Under the pieces are notes generated by a model, which was not told the origin of the DNA, made no database searches, and saw only the letters and a program-made list of their open reading frames with translations. Positions 39,300 to 58,519 of a DNA stretch of 64,000 nucleotides are shown piece after piece. The position numbers and the translations under genes are program-made. Source of the DNA: Macrostomum hystrix (Eukaryota > Animalia > Platyhelminthes); the NCBI GenBank assembly GCA_950097015.1, contig CATNEN010000039.1:11904001-11968000 (forward strand), written 5' to 3'. The stretch's first letter is position 1. The number at the start of each line of letters is the position of its first letter.

Positions 39300-39852
39300 A
39301 AATCTTTGAGTAGGGTTTGAGCAGTTTTTGAGTAGGGTTTGATCAGTCTTTGAGTAGGGTTTGATCAGTCTTTGAGTAGGGTTTGATCAGTCTTTGAGTA
39401 GGGTTTGATCAGTCTTTGAGTAGGGTTTGATCAGTCTTTAAGTAGGGTTTGATCAGTCTTTGAGTAGGGTTTGATCAGTCTTTGAGTAGGGTTTGATCAG
39501 TCTTTGAGTAGGGTTTGATCAGTCTTTGAGTAGGGTTTGATCAGTCTTTGAGTAGGGTTTGATCAGTCTTTGAGTAGGGTTTGATCAGTCTTTGAGTAGG
39601 GTTTGATCAGTCTTTGAGTAGGGTTTGATCAGTCTTTGAGTAGGGTTTGATCAGTCTTTAAGTAGGGTTTGATCAGTCTTTGAGTAGGGTTTGATCAGTC
39701 TTTGAGTAGGGTTTGATCAGTCTTTGAGTAGGGTTTGATCAGTCTTTAAGTAGGGTTTGATCAGTCTTTGAGTAGGGTTTGATCAGTCTTTGAGTAGGGT
39801 TTGATCAGTCTTTGAGTAGGGTTTGATCAGTCTTTGAGTAGGGTTTGATCAG
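39300..39852. repeat. 22-bp minisatellite
   Basis: (TTTGAGTAGGGTTTGATCAGTC)n. Confidence 0.95.
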
Positions 39853-40589
39853 TTCTTTAAGTGGATTAGCACAGGAATCCAGTGGATTAGCAATAGACTC
39901 CAATGGATTAGCAATAGACTCCAATGGATTAGCAATAGCCTCCAGTGGATTTGCAATAAGCCTCCAGCGGATTAGCAATAACGTACAGCGGATTAGCAAC
40001 AACCCACAGCGGATTAGCAATAGCCTCCAGTGGATTAGCGATAGCCTACAGCGGATAAGCGCTAGTTCTTGGCTTTGAGCCAGTTCTGTAAGTAGGGTTT
40101 GAGCAGTTTGAGCAGTGTTTACAAAACTCGCTAGGCAAAAATGTCAAATCGAAATTGCAGGTGAGAAAAACTTGCCTGCAAAAAAACAACGAAATAATTA
40201 CAGGCTATCAGTTGGGGCACTGATTAATTTCAACACTAACATGACACGGCACCCGCTGCGCTATCCATCAGCGCATTGCTCAAAGCTTCCCTATAAACAA
40301 TGGCCCCCTGGGAGCAATGCTCTCAAAAACAATAATAAACAGGAAAACTCGACGTAAAAAATAGCAAGAAATTGCTGAAGTCTAATCGCTCCCGCAGCAG
40401 CAATGCGACACCAACGACTGCATCTACAAGCTCGGTGCCGACGACTCGGATCCTGGCGCCCGCATCCTGTTCACAGTCGAGGTATGGACGGGCGGAAGCT
40501 GCAGTATAGTAGGCAAAGGTTTTGTGTTTCATTAGAGAGCTGAAAAACATTCTCTTCGTTTTAGCGAAGACTGTCGCTAAATTAAATTT

Positions 40590-41297
40590 CAGACTGGCAC
40601 TCCTGCGGTTGAGACTGGCACTCCTGCAGTTGAGACTGGCACTCCTGCAGTCGAGACTGGCACTCCTGCAGTTGAGACTGGCACCCAGCAGTTGAAACTG
40701 GCACTCCTGCAGTCGAGACTGGCACCTAGCAGTTGAGACTGGCACTCCTGCAGTCGAGACTGGCACTCTTGCAGTCGAGACTGGCACTTCTGCGGTTGAG
40801 ACTGGCACTCCTAAAGTTGAGACTGGCACTCCTGCAGTTGAGACTGGCACTCCTGCAGTTGAGACTGGCACTCCTGCAGTTGAGACTGGCACTCCTGTAG
40901 TTGAGACTGGTACTCCTGCAGTTGAGACTGGCACTCCTAAAGTTGAGACTGGCACTCCTGCAGTTGAGACTGGCACTCCTGCAGTTGAGACTGGCACTCC
41001 TGCAGTCGAGACTGGCACTCCTGCAGTTGAGACTGGCACCCAGCAGTTGAAACTGGCACTCCTGCAGTCGAGACTGGCACCTAGCAGTTGAGACTGGCAC
41101 TACTGCAGTTGAGACTGGTACTCTTGCAGTCGAGACTGGCACTTCTGCGGTTGAGACTGGCACTCCTAAAGTTGAGACTGGCATTCCTGCAGTTGAGACT
41201 GGTACTCCTGCAGTTGAGACTGGCACTCCTAAAGTTGAGACTGGCACTCCTGCAGTCGAGACTGGCACCTAGCAGTTGAGACTGGCACTACTGCAGT
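40590..41297. repeat. 21-bp minisatellite
   Basis: (GAGACTGGCACTCCTGCAGTT)n. Confidence 0.95.
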
Positions 41298-42195
41298 CAT
41301 CACACTCAGCGTCCTTCATCAGTGCCTCAGTCAGCACACTCAGCGTCCTTCATCAGTGCCTCAGTCAGCACACCCAGTGTCCTTCATCAGTGCCTCAGTC
41401 AGCACACTCAGCGTCCTTCATCAGTGCCTCAGTCAGCATACCCAGAGTCCTACAGTGTCTCAGTCATCACCTTCAGTGCCTCAGTCACCATACTCAGAGT
41501 CCTTCAGTGTCTCAGTCACCATACTCAGAGTCCTTCAGTGCCTCAGTCATCACCTTCAGTGCCTCAGTCACCATACTCAGAGTCCTTCAGTGTCTCAGTC
41601 ACCATACTCAGAGTCCTTCAGTGCCTCAGTCATCACCTTCAGTGCCTCAGTCACCATACTCAGAGTCCTTCAGTGTCTCAGTCACCATACTCAGAGTCCT
41701 TCAGTGCCTCAGTCATCACCTTCAGTGCCTCAGTCACCATACTCAGAGTCCTTCAGTGCCTCAGTCATCACCTTCAGTGCCTCAGTCACCATACTCAGAG
41801 TCCTTCAGTGTCTCAGTCACCATACTCAGAGTCCTTCAGTGCCTCAGTCATCACCTTCAGTGCCTCAGTCACCATACTCAGAGTCCTTCAGTGCCTCAGT
41901 CACCATACTCAGAGTCCCTCAGTGCCTCAGTCACCATACTCAGAGTCCTTCAGTGCCTCAGTCACCATACTCAGAGTCCTTCAGTGCCTCAGTCACCATA
42001 CTCAGAGTCCTTCAGTGCCTCAGTCACCATACTCAGAGTCCTTCAGTGTCTCAGTCATCACCTTCAGTGCCTCAGTCACCATACTCAGAGTCCTTCAGTG
42101 CCTCAGTCACCATACTCAGAGTCCTTCAGTGCCTCAATCACCATACTCAGAGTCCTTCAGTGCCTCAATCACCATACTCAGAGTCCTTCAGTGCC
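41297..42195. repeat. About 31-bp composite minisatellite
   Basis: (CAGTGCCTCAGTCACCATACTCAGAGTCCTT)n with shorter variant units. Confidence 0.9.
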
Positions 42196-42977
42196 ACAGC
42201 CTAAAATTTCAGTTCGTCTGTAATAAGTAATTGCGAAATGAAGAACAAAGCCGACACAAAACAGTCCATGAGCTGATAATTGCTTTCCAAACTGATAAAT
42301 GTCAGGCAAATATTATATAATATAAATGTAGCATTTACCGATTTACTACACAAGCCAAGCCACATTAAAGGTGTTGGGCGGACAAGATAGAGTTTTTACT
42401 AGTCTTTGTAATCGCACTTTTAAGTGCGTTATAGCAAAATAAAATACGCAAGTCGGTAAAAATGAAAGTGCATTATAAATATAAATATATATCGTTCATC
42501 TGATTTAGGATCACATAGCTTCAGATCGTAGCAATATATGAATAACGCATGCTCCAAAACCATTTGCTGCTTTTTCGGACAAGGCCATGAAATAATTCAC
42601 TTCATCTTTGTAGTTTTTTGTTCAAAGCAAAATAAAAACAACGAAACATTGTTTGATGAAATAGGCAGACACAGAAAGGCGGAAATAGAAGTCAAAAGCA
42701 GCGAGCCCGAGTCCCCATACTCCATACCTGTGGTAGCCTCTGCTGCTCCAAGTGCCAATGGGAAGACTTTCATAGTACAGACAGCAACATGTGGATGGCA
42801 AGATAAAGATAGGAAAACAAAATTGAGGATGGGATAAATAACTTCCTAAATTTTCGACACAAACTGTGGATTCATTTCTACCCAACTATAATAGAGAGGG
42901 GATAATTATCCCGAGTAAGGGCACCCACTGTGAGATGGGATATTTATCCCAAAATGGACGATGCCTTCCATTTAAGG

Positions 42978-43396
42978 CAGGGGTCGGCAAAATTATTAGC
43001 TAGCGGGCCTAAAAGACGACAGCGGGCCGCATTGACTGTAGAAATATAAGAGAAATACATCAGAGATAGGGGAGAGGTGAGACACGGGAGAGATAATACA
43101 CGGGAGAGATGAGACACGGGAGAGATGATACAGCGTGGGAGATGTGATACACGGGAGAGATGAGACACGGGAGAGATGAGACAGGGGAGAGATGAGACAC
43201 GGGAGAGTTGAGACACTGGAGAGATGAGACAGGGGAGAGATACGGCACGGGAGAGACGAGACAATGGAGAGATAAGACACGGGAGAGGTGACAAACGGGA
43301 GAGATGAGACAGGGGAGAGATGAAACAGCATACTATAGGTGTGGGAAGGGGCAACGGGCCGCATGGGGCCAGCGGGCCGGAGTTTGCCGACCTCTG
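42978..43396 (+). mobile_element. hAT-type MITE carrying a 16-bp satellite
   Basis: TIRs CAGGGGTCGGCAAA / TTTGCCGACCTCTG, 8-bp TSD ATTTAAGG (42970-42977, 43397-43404) and GCGGGCC subterminal motifs. Confidence 0.9.
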
Positions 43397-44831
43397 ATTT
43401 AAGGATTTAATTGTAAATTTAAGGGTTCTTCTTGTATCAGTCGGGAGCGGTCAGACAGAACAGAACCCGGACGCGAAATCAAGCAATAAGAGATGAGTGT
43501 CAAAGAATTTCTGTGCTCCACAAAGCATGTAACTTATATATGCACACAATATAGACAATATGCAATAGAAAGCAATAGAAATTAATATGCGACCATTGCT
43601 AAATACTCAACTTCAGTCATACTTACTAATATATAAGAATAAAAAATTTACACAGCGATTAGTAAATAATAAAAGCTAAAAAGCGCAAAAAGAAAAAAAG
43701 CAAATATGAAACAATTATTTAGTACAGATCACAGAAGGCAGTCTAATAGCTTTATCAGTACTTTCGAAGGCCGTTACCACGGTAACGCTTCAATTGACTC
43801 AGCGAAGGCATAAAAAATAAACAAAATTATAATTGTAATAGTTGTAATTTGCTTAATTGCAATAAGCAAATGTTTCGTGAAATATTGATATCAAGCGAGG
43901 CAAAATATCTGCTAATCAATAAATCAATAAGGAGATTTTGATCGATTTACAAGCGACACACGAGGCTGCACAAATAATTATCATAAATCAATAGATGGTA
44001 AGTGTGACATTCTTTTAAATAAATAGAAACTAGATTTGTAAATTAAAACTGAACAGACAAGCTTCCGTGTGTGCTAGGCGGCACTGTGTAAATAGAGAGA
44101 GAAAAAATCAACAATGTTGAATTTCGATTGTCGACCCGAATAAAAAAAGGTTAGAGTTCTGTGGCCACCGCTTAGACCTCTGGGTTGGGTCCAAAGGCAG
44201 GAAATCTCGGAGAAGCTAATTCGATTTTATTAATACGCCAAACATTTATTCCACTAGCCAAAATGGACAGAGACAATCAGAAAGAAAAAATTTCAATTTA
44301 GAGCATGGAAAAAACTGAAGTTTAATTCGAAAGACGAACATTGCTGCTGGGCTTTCTAAGAAACACAATTTAATTTTGCGATGAGCCGCAGAGGGGCAAA
44401 AAAAGAAGAATACAAAAGAAGACAGACAATTCAGAGCACAGAAAGATGTTCACTTCGCGCTAAAGAATAAAATTATTAACAAGAAAATAATAAGAATCAA
44501 TTGATGTACTTTCTTGAGGCAGGCAGTTTTGCTTGGTTAAACAGACGATAATATTAGTTATTGTTCAGCAAGCTAATAGCAGACTAGTATAAGCTTTGGA
44601 CCGCCGGTAGGACAAGCGGCGAGGACATGGATTCTTTGGTCACACTTTGCGATGTTAGCCGTCACAGGGAGGACTATTTTAAAGACGGCTATTGTAAAAA
44701 TGGGGATAATAAGGCAAGGGATTATGGAATCGGGACAGCAGGAAAGCGGATATTTGGTATTATTAGATAACATTGCAAATTTTTTATCTAGGATATTTTG
44801 AAGAGGATCATCTTCCACTCTTGCCACCGAA

Positions 44832-49734
<4,903 letters not shown>

Positions 49735-52700
49735 TTAATTAAAGCTCTATTTATTAAAGCAATTTAGCTTTCAACGCTATGCTGCTTATTTCGCAGCGAA
49801 CGTTGAAATTCGTCACCTCCCCTCCGCCCGGCGGGGGAGGGCGAAGGGACTTGGGCTGACGGCCTAAAGGTCGGGGCGGTAAACGCCTTAGTAGAGATGA
49901 TCCACTAGAAGAGCCCCTACAGTTGAGGAAGATGCTTGCAGATCCTGGTTGCAAAATCTGGCTGCTTTGCTGCTTAATGGTCGAATTTAATTTATTTGAT
50001 ATTTTCAGCCTATCATGATCACTAAGCAGCTACTGAAAGTAATAATTGAAAAATGTGGCTTAAAAGGTTAAAATATTTTTGATACATTATCTGTGTGAAA
50101 TAGATCACAGTGTTAAAACACCTACAAGCAACCAAGCAAGATTTTCATTTTTAGTATATAAGAAGATATCATGTATTTTGTGCTATCTACTTCATAATCC
50201 ACATTTTAGATATCATTGAATCAAATAAAAGCTGAGGTTTTTTTAATTTGAGATATTTAGACAATTGGTTTCTAGTTCATGTTACAAATAAGGATGTGTG
50301 TTAAGTGTGCCAATAGAATTAAACCAAATTAATAAAGAAAAATGTTGGTAAGGGTAAATAAAGATTTCTCACCTATAGTTCAATTAGGTTATAGTAACAG
50401 TTTGGAAAAAATGTTAGAACTATGAAGGATAGTTAACAATAGTGTAATTATTGTTTGATATTTTTCTACCTAATTTCCCTTATATCATTAATCATCAGAT
50501 GCTTGTTATTTTTAGCTAAAAATGACAGAAAACAGTTAGCTTAATGGCCAAATTAGATCACTTATATTACTCACTGTGCTATAAGTAATGGCTAATATCA
50601 CATACTCTATATTATGTGCTCTCATATATACTGGGCCTTAAAGACCTTTGTATAGATCATGATTATGATGTAGGCTAATGAGCCTCAAACAATTTCTTTA
50701 CTCTAGCTTGTACAGAGGTACAAAAGTGCTCGACATTGATACAAAGTAAGTTTGCTGTGGCAATAGCAGTCCAAGTCAATTTATGAAAAAAAATGTTTAT
50801 CATATTATATAATTCTAGTCTACATTAAAAACAAAATTTGCATTGGTGTTTTTATATTTTGCTTCAAACTTTTGACAAATATAATTTGAGTCAGACTTTC
50901 TGATGGTCAGAATAAACTTACTAATATTTATGCAGTAATAACACAGATAAACATACAGAATAACATGTGGTTTCACATGCCAAATAACCAGTGCTGGTCA
51001 CTTTGTCAAAAACTATTTCATCAAATGGTTATCAACTGGACTCATCCCTGCATTTGGTCATTTTTTCAAATAGCCAATTATCTACATACTATACTGTATA
51101 CTGTCAAAGGCAGTCATTTTGTAGTCAAGAGCTGAAAGGGGTAGGTACTAAAAAGCTACATATATATCTGCTGTTGTTTAACTGTTTCTCAAAGTGAGCA
51201 TATTTATAGTGCCCACACGATAGGCCAAGATAGATAGAATATACTTAACTCTATACAGTATTGTCTATTGTACTGCAGCCTTTATCAAGAGCATACAGTT
51301 TAACTAAAGAAGCCAGCTGCCTGTGTTGCCTTGAACTCTACTGCTACAAACTCCACTGCCTTGACCTCTGCTGCCTCAACTACTGCTAATGGATTTCAAC
51401 CAAGCAATTGTTACAAGCTCACTTGAATTTGTCTTGCCACATCAGGATTCAATATTGAGCCCATGAGATACCTATTCCACATGTCCTATGCTGTCACTGT
51501 TGACACTAATCACACTGGAGAACCTGTTGATGTGGCTAGATGGCTTCCAAAACTTTCAGTTAAACTGTTTAACTAAATTTTAGAATTTAAATGCAGAATT
51601 TAGAATTAGAATTTTTATAACTTCTAAGAACATTAGAACCTTTCTGGTAGCATTGAACAAGCACATTTCAGCTGTACATTCAAACTTATGCACATCAGGT
51701 GGTGATTCTGTTGGCCATTAGGCCTTTTTAAGAGCATATATCAACACTGTACAATCACAAGTACATTGTAATGAATCATCTGTTTACTTAACAAATTGTT
51801 TTAAAAGAATAGGTGGAGGGCTAGATCCAAGGACTGGTGGGGTCTAAAGCAGTGGTGTTTTTACATATTAGGCCTACATATTGCATTTAATGTTCATGTC
51901 ATAGGCCTAGGCTTAGTCATGTTGCACATGGCACATTCCACATTGTATTCCATGGCTAGGCCTAGTTGAAAACTAGTTGACAAAACAGCCAAGAAAGCTT
52001 TGCCACATTGTCAAACACATATTTCTAGCCTTAGGAATTCTAGTCACTTTATCAAATACAAACTTAGGAACCCCAAAATTATTGCCACTTTGTCAAAGAT
52101 TTGAAAAGCTGCTTTTGACAAAGTGACTACAATCTGGAATAGCATATGGCAAAAGTCACACAAATAAGCAAAAATCCAAAAGCATTTAGATGTGCTCGAT
52201 TGGGTTAGGACAAGTTAGATTCTTAGACTATTAAAAAAATTAGATATAATACCCAAAAAATGTGAAGACTACAGTTGATTTGGCATGCCAAGAAACTTAA
52301 ACAACACAATTTAATTTTAACTATAATAGAAAGAGATAGCTTATGCATTCAACAGAAAAATATTGGGCCAAATTATATTAATAACTATAGATGCACATAC
52401 ATACACTCGTCGTTATTCTAGGAGTGAGACGATAAGAACAAGTATTATAAACTGATCGTCATGTTGTAAATTGTATTTTCTATTGAGTAGGCCTAATATT
52501 GTTTTATACCAGTTACTCTCTAGGCTGCATAGGGCCTACTATAGTTTTCTAGTGCAGCTTAAAACAGCATTGCTCAAAAATATATAGTCTAAAGTATGTA
52601 CTTCCGTGAGACTTCTCAGTGGAACTATTATGAAGTCAGTGAAAAGTCAATGATCACCCCAAGGCAATTTTATTTTTAGACTCTCCAATGTTGGAATTTT

Positions 52701-54593
52701 GGGTAAGACTGTACATTCTCTTTTGAAACTTCAGCTTTCATTTAAAAGCGTAAACCTGGGCATGAAAGTTCTTTTAGAAAAGCTTTTTGCTTATCTTATG
52801 CAAGCCAGATATACGAATGAAAAAAAATTGTTTTACTTGTCAATTCTAAGAACAATATTTATTTAAAAATAAAATTTGTAAAAAAAGAGCATATATGTCA
52901 AAGGCCGTGTTCAAATCTTCTGATATTCGAACCTCGGTGCAAACTGCGAATCAGCGCGAACTCTTATTGAATGACTATTTATTTTATTATATATTTAATA
53001 TCATCGTTAAAACTAATTTATAACAATTAAAAAGCAATCAATTATAAATACAAAAGGTAACACGTTGCAATTGCAATATAAAAAAGGTATAAATATAAAA
53101 AGTCGTACATTTAAAATGAGTACCTAAGAATATTACAAATTTCTTCCCAGAAACGATCGCACTGAACATAGAGAAAATATGAGCGATTCTTACTCGTACT
53201 TAGTGAGGGTAGAACCAAAGGTTGCCATTGTGTCGCACTAACAAGAGTCTGTGTTAATTATATTCTAGCTTTCTAATATGCAAACTTAGTGGGTTTTTTA
53301 ATTCACTCCAATAAAGCAAAAACTCTATGCCTATTTTTATCGCAGCAATTAGCGAAAACATACATTGCTTCTACTTATTTATCATCAAAGATATGTCATT
53401 AGCTTTTTGACACCAAATTTCTTAACAAAAAGCAAAAGAAATAGTGTAAACTTATAATATTAATAGTATTAAAAATCCCTGCTAATGCTTTAACTCAGAA
53501 GTTCTTATTTAGCTAGAAATATTATTATTAAATAAAATTGTATTTTTATTAAAATTGGAGGAAAATGTATTTGTGCTTTACTATGCTGGCTTTTGGACTC
53601 AAAAAGATTATATTTATTATTCTCTGACTCTATCTTTAGTGGTCATTGACCTTCACCTAGACAGAGCTGCTGGACCTTAAGTAAGTCACTGCAAGAGGCA
53701 CCAGCTATGGACTATGTACAGTCTTCAGAGTTGCAAATTTGGTTGTCACAGGCGCAAATCCCTAATTTCTAAATAGGCCTACATGTGACAAATTTCCTTG
53801 TCCATTAGAGTTTTTAATTTCTATGTCTAATTTTCTCTTTTGCCCATAAATGTACTCTAGTTGTTAATTTTATAGCCATGGAAATGGTCAACTTACAGTT
53901 TCGACAGCCTGAGTTGCATAGCCAGTAACTGTTACACAACCAATTTTGCATAGATGTTTCTATTTAAACCTATGTAGTGGGGGATCCAGGGTGGCTTTGC
54001 CAGCTTAAGCCCCTATTCATCTCAAAAAAGCATTTTTGTGGGAATTTTGACCCCTAAAAGAGGTCTCAGGTGCAGGTGCACATTGTGTCATTTGTGGTAG
54101 TGAGTTGAGATGAATCGTTTCCCTCGCTCTAGGGTGGCGGTTTTTAATGCTGCTGAGTGAACATTTGAACATATGTATGAATATGAACATATAATAAATT
54201 ATTTATTTATAAAACAAATAACCCATGGAGATCACATCCTCTTTGTCTAATTTTTTAATATACAGTGAATTTAGGGGTTTATGAAATACACTAGTGCTTA
54301 TAGGAAAAATCCGACCTTTGGCCATAACCATTGAATATCACGACGGTCTTAGAAGCTGGCAACTTGACTATTGTTTCAGAAGATGCACAATGAAAAGTTG
54401 GCGCGTTTTTTTGATTTTTGTGTGCTAGTTGGGGAATTCCCCTTGGTACTTCTACTGTTACTCAGGATTGCATCATTGTCCATTACTAGCCCTTTTATAC
54501 ATTTAGACTAACCAATTGATGTACCACAAGTGTCTAGAGTCCCATATCTAGTCATACTGCCCACACTTTCAGCGCAAAGAAGTTTTCAACAAA

Positions 54594-57500
54594 ATGTCAT
54601 CACCGCCGTCAGCTCCTCCGGCTAAGCGAGTTCGCTTCTCTGAATCTGTGACCACTCAGCGATTGGATGGGCCGGAAGCTTCTACTGTCTGGCGACCGCT
54701 AGTTGACAGTCGACACTCGCTGGACAGCGACGAAGAAGAAGACGGCGGTGTCATGACAGCCGGCGCGGACGAAGGCAATGATGGTCGCCTGCGAGAGGAG
54801 GACATTGAAGGTCAAGAGGAGGCCACCATTGCCAACGATGACGGCATAGCAATCACGCCGTTCAACATGCGGGAAGAGATGCGCGAAGGATATTTTGATG
54901 CCGCCGGCTGCTACATATTTAACAAGGAGGTAGGCAACCAGTCACCTGTTGTCCCCCGCCAACTCACGACTGTGATGGCTTACTGTTCCTGTACAACCCT
55001 GATCCTTCAGTTGGTTAATGTCCTGATTCTTAATTAGTTTTATGTCCTGATCCTTCAGTTTGTTTATCCCCTGATCCTTTCGTTGGTTTATCCCCTGATC
55101 CTTCAGTTGGTTTATCCCCTGATCCTTAAGTTTGTTTATTCCCTGATCCTTCTGTTGGTTTATGTCCTTATCCTTCAGTTTGTTTATCCCCTGATCCTTC
55201 AGTTGGTTTATCCCCTGATCCTTCAGTTTGTTTATCCCCTGATCCTTCAGTTGGTTTATCCCCTGATCCTTCAGTTGGTTTATCCCCTGATCCTTCAGTT
55301 GGTTTATCCCCTGATCCTTCAGTTGGTTTATCCCCTGATCCTTCTGTTGGTTTATCCCCTGATCCTTCTGTTGGTTTATCCCCTGATCCTTCTGTTGGTT
55401 TATGTCCTGATCCTTCTGTTGGTTTATGTCCTGATCCTTCAGTTGGTTTATGTCCTGATCCTTCAGTTGGTTTATGTCCTGATCCTTCAGTTGGTTTATG
55501 TCCTGATCCTTCAGTTGGTTTATCCCCTGATCCTTCAGTTGGTTTATGTCCTGATCCTTCAGTTGGTTTATCCTATGTCATAAATCTCTAATTTACTATC
55601 CCTAAAGCATTTGAAAGATTACATGCTTTTTGGAATACATTTTTACCAAATTCCCTAATCCCTACGATAATCCCTTAAATAACTATTCTATGGCACCTCT
55701 AACTTTTTTTCCATAATCCTTTTAAGTGTCGTCACAGTCCTTTATCCTTCAATATTAAGTCCCTAAATAATACATAAATCATTTCCTATAGGATAATATA
55801 TTATCCTACATGCCTCCCATCTATAATCCGTCAATTGATTTTCCTCTAATCCTTCATTAGATTATCCCTTAATCCTTCAATCAGTTATCCTCTAATCCTT
55901 CTATAGATTATCCCTTAATCCTTCATGCAATCAATTATCCTCTAATCCTTCAATAGATTATCCTCTAATCCTTCAATCGATTATCCTCTAATCATTCAAT
56001 AGATTATCCTCTAATCCTTCAATAGATTATCCTCTAATCCTTCAATCGATTATCCTCTAATCATTCAATAGATTATCCTCTAATCCTTCAATAGATTATC
56101 CTCTAATCCTTCAATCGATTATCCTCTAATCATTCAATAGATTATCCTCTAATCCTTCAATAGATTATCCTCTAATCCTTCAATCGATTATCCTCTAATC
56201 ATTTAATAGATTATCCTCTAATCATTCAATAGATTATCCTCTAATCATTCAATAGATTATCCTCTAATCATTCAATAGATTATCCTCTAATCATTCAATA
56301 GATTATCCTCTAATCCTTCAATAAAGTGTTGCATAATATCCCACAATCCTGCAGGAGAAGGAAGTACAGGACAGTTGGCTAGAATCCGTGGACTGGGATT
56401 CCGTGAAGCGGCAGGCCTCAACAGCTAGCAAAGCCAAGGATGGCGCAGACAAGGACAAAGCCGAGGCGAAAGACGAGGCGGCAGACAGCGAAGCTGATGG
56501 CGGCGATTCGGATTCGGACACGGGCTCGGAAGACCTGGGGCCCTCCCAGCTCGCTGGCGTGTGCGCCGCCGCTCGCGTCTACCTTCTACCTGGTGAGACA
56601 ATCGCCGCTGCCATCAAACGACTCGGCGGCGGTGCCAATCGAGCCCTGTCCGCGTCACAACGGCTGCGCTTGAAGAAGTCCGGCGGCACGGTGTCTAGCT
56701 CGTCGACAGCCGAGGCGGCTGCAAATCGGCAGCGAATGTCCGAGCTGTCCGATTTGGCCGGACGGCTTGTCACGGCCGGTCACATGACCGCCTACCAGAT
56801 GGACTCGGCACAGCTGGCTCGGCTTGGCGGGGTGGGCGACGCTGAGGCATCGGCTTCCGCTGCGTCAGCTGCCGGAGCTGGTGAGGTGGACCGGTCATGA
56901 AGCTTGAATAGAATCAGGGATTTCTATTATCATAATCTGGGATTTCTCCGATCCATGTCTTAGATTTCCACGATCCTAATCTGGGATTTCTCTGATCCTA
57001 ATCTTGGATTTCTCTGGTACTAATCTGGGATTTCACCGATCGTAATCTGGGATTTCTCTGATCCTAATCTTGGATTTCTCTGGTACTAATCTGGGATTTC
57101 ACCGATCGTAATCTGGGATTTCTCTGATCCTAATCTGGTATTTCTCTGGTCCTAATCTCGATTTCACCGTTCCTAATCTGGGATTTCACTGAAGCTAATC
57201 TGTGATTCTTCTGACCCTAATCTGGGATTCTTCTGATCCTAATCTGGGATTTCACTGATCCTAATCTGGGATTTCTCTGGTCCTAATCTGGATTTCACCG
57301 TTCCTAATCTGGGATTTCTCTGAAGCTAATCTGGGATTTCACTGATCCTAATCTGGGATTTCTCTGATCCTTAGCTCTGATCCTAATTTAAGATTAGTCT
57401 GATACCAGGTATTTTTTCAGATTTTAATCTGGGATTCCTCTAATCCTAATCTGTTATTTCTTCGATCCTAATCAGGGATTTTTGTAATCCTATTCAGGGA

Positions 57501-58504
57501 TTTTTCTGATCCTAATCAGGGATTTCTCTGATCCTAATCAGGGATTTTTCTGATCCTAATCAGGGATTTCTCTGATCCTAATCAGGGATTTCTCTGATCC
57601 TAATCAGGGATTTCTCTGATCCTAATCAGGGATTTTTCTAATCCTATTCAGGGATTTTTCTGCTCCTAATCAGGGATTTCTCTGATCCTAATCAGGGATT
57701 TCTCTGATCCTAATCAGGGATTCTTCTGACCCTAATCAGGGATTTTTCTGATCCTAATCAGGGATTCTTCTGATCCTAATCAGGGATTCTTCTGATCCTA
57801 ATCAGGGATTTTTCTGATCTCATCAGGGATTTTTTCTGATCCTATTCTGGGAATTTTCTGATCTTTATATGGGATTTTTTTCTCTAATCGGGAAATCCTG
57901 ATTAAAAATTCGCGATCATCATGTAACAGAGTAAAAAACGAAATTAGATTTCTCAGTTTCAAAAGTTAACTAGTGCTTTTTTTTTATCATTCACTCGTTA
58001 TTATAAATCTTAAAATCATGATATAAGTAGACATAAAAATATTTTATTTTTTTCCAAACTTCAATCCTAGCTATATATTTTTATAGAAATATTCTCAGTA
58101 ACAGGCTTACTCCTTATAGTAGCTGATCATCAAAAATTATTTTATTTGCCCTTCCAGGCGGCATGGACATGTTCGCCGACGATGATAACGGTAATCAAAA
58201 GTCAGCCGCCAAAGTCAAGCCCGATGATGAAGCTAAAAGCAGCAGCGGCGATAAAGCTGCTACAAACCAGTCTCAAGAGATCGATGAGCTTGGTGACGCC
58301 GGGGTGCAATGGTATTACCGAGTCGCTGACGATTCCGCGTCCGAGCTGCTTGGACCGTTCAGCTCTGAGCAGATGCTGCGATGGGCCGAGTCAGACACTG
58401 GCTGGCCCGGAGGGCACCGGACAGTGTTTGTCCGGAAACGAGACGCCGAGCCAGCGGCTCCTTTCTATTCGTCCACTAGGATTGACTTCGATTTATACGT
58501 ATGA
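54594..58504 (+). CDS. CD2BP2: CD2 antigen cytoplasmic tail-binding protein 2 (U5-52K/Lin1, GYF domain)
   Basis: Exons 54594-54929, 56355-56880 and 58158-58504. Motifs RHSLDSDEEED, EDIEGQEE, ITPFNMREEMREGYFD, DSWLE, LLPGETIAAAIKRLGG, W-Y...GPFSSEQM..W and FYSSTRIDFDLY. Confidence 0.93.
54997..55572. repeat. 24-bp minisatellite (CD2BP2 intron 1)
   Basis: (TCCCCTGATCCTTCAGTTGGTTTA)n. Confidence 0.95.
55840..56320. repeat. 23-bp minisatellite (CD2BP2 intron 1)
   Basis: (ATTATCCTCTAATCMTTCAATAG)n. Confidence 0.95.
56925..57860. repeat. 22-bp minisatellite (CD2BP2 intron 2)
   Basis: (CTAATCWGGGATTTCTCTGATC)n. Confidence 0.9.
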
Positions 58505-58519
58505 GATTGTGGCGAGACA

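Noticed and set aside
39300-39852. Interstitial telomere (TAGGG)
   Set aside because: Only one TAGGG per 22-bp unit and no (TTAGGG)n run.
40323-42230. Mucin-like (GVPVSTA)n and (SVPQSP)n ORFs
   Set aside because: Frames shift within the arrays; no signal peptide or unique domain.
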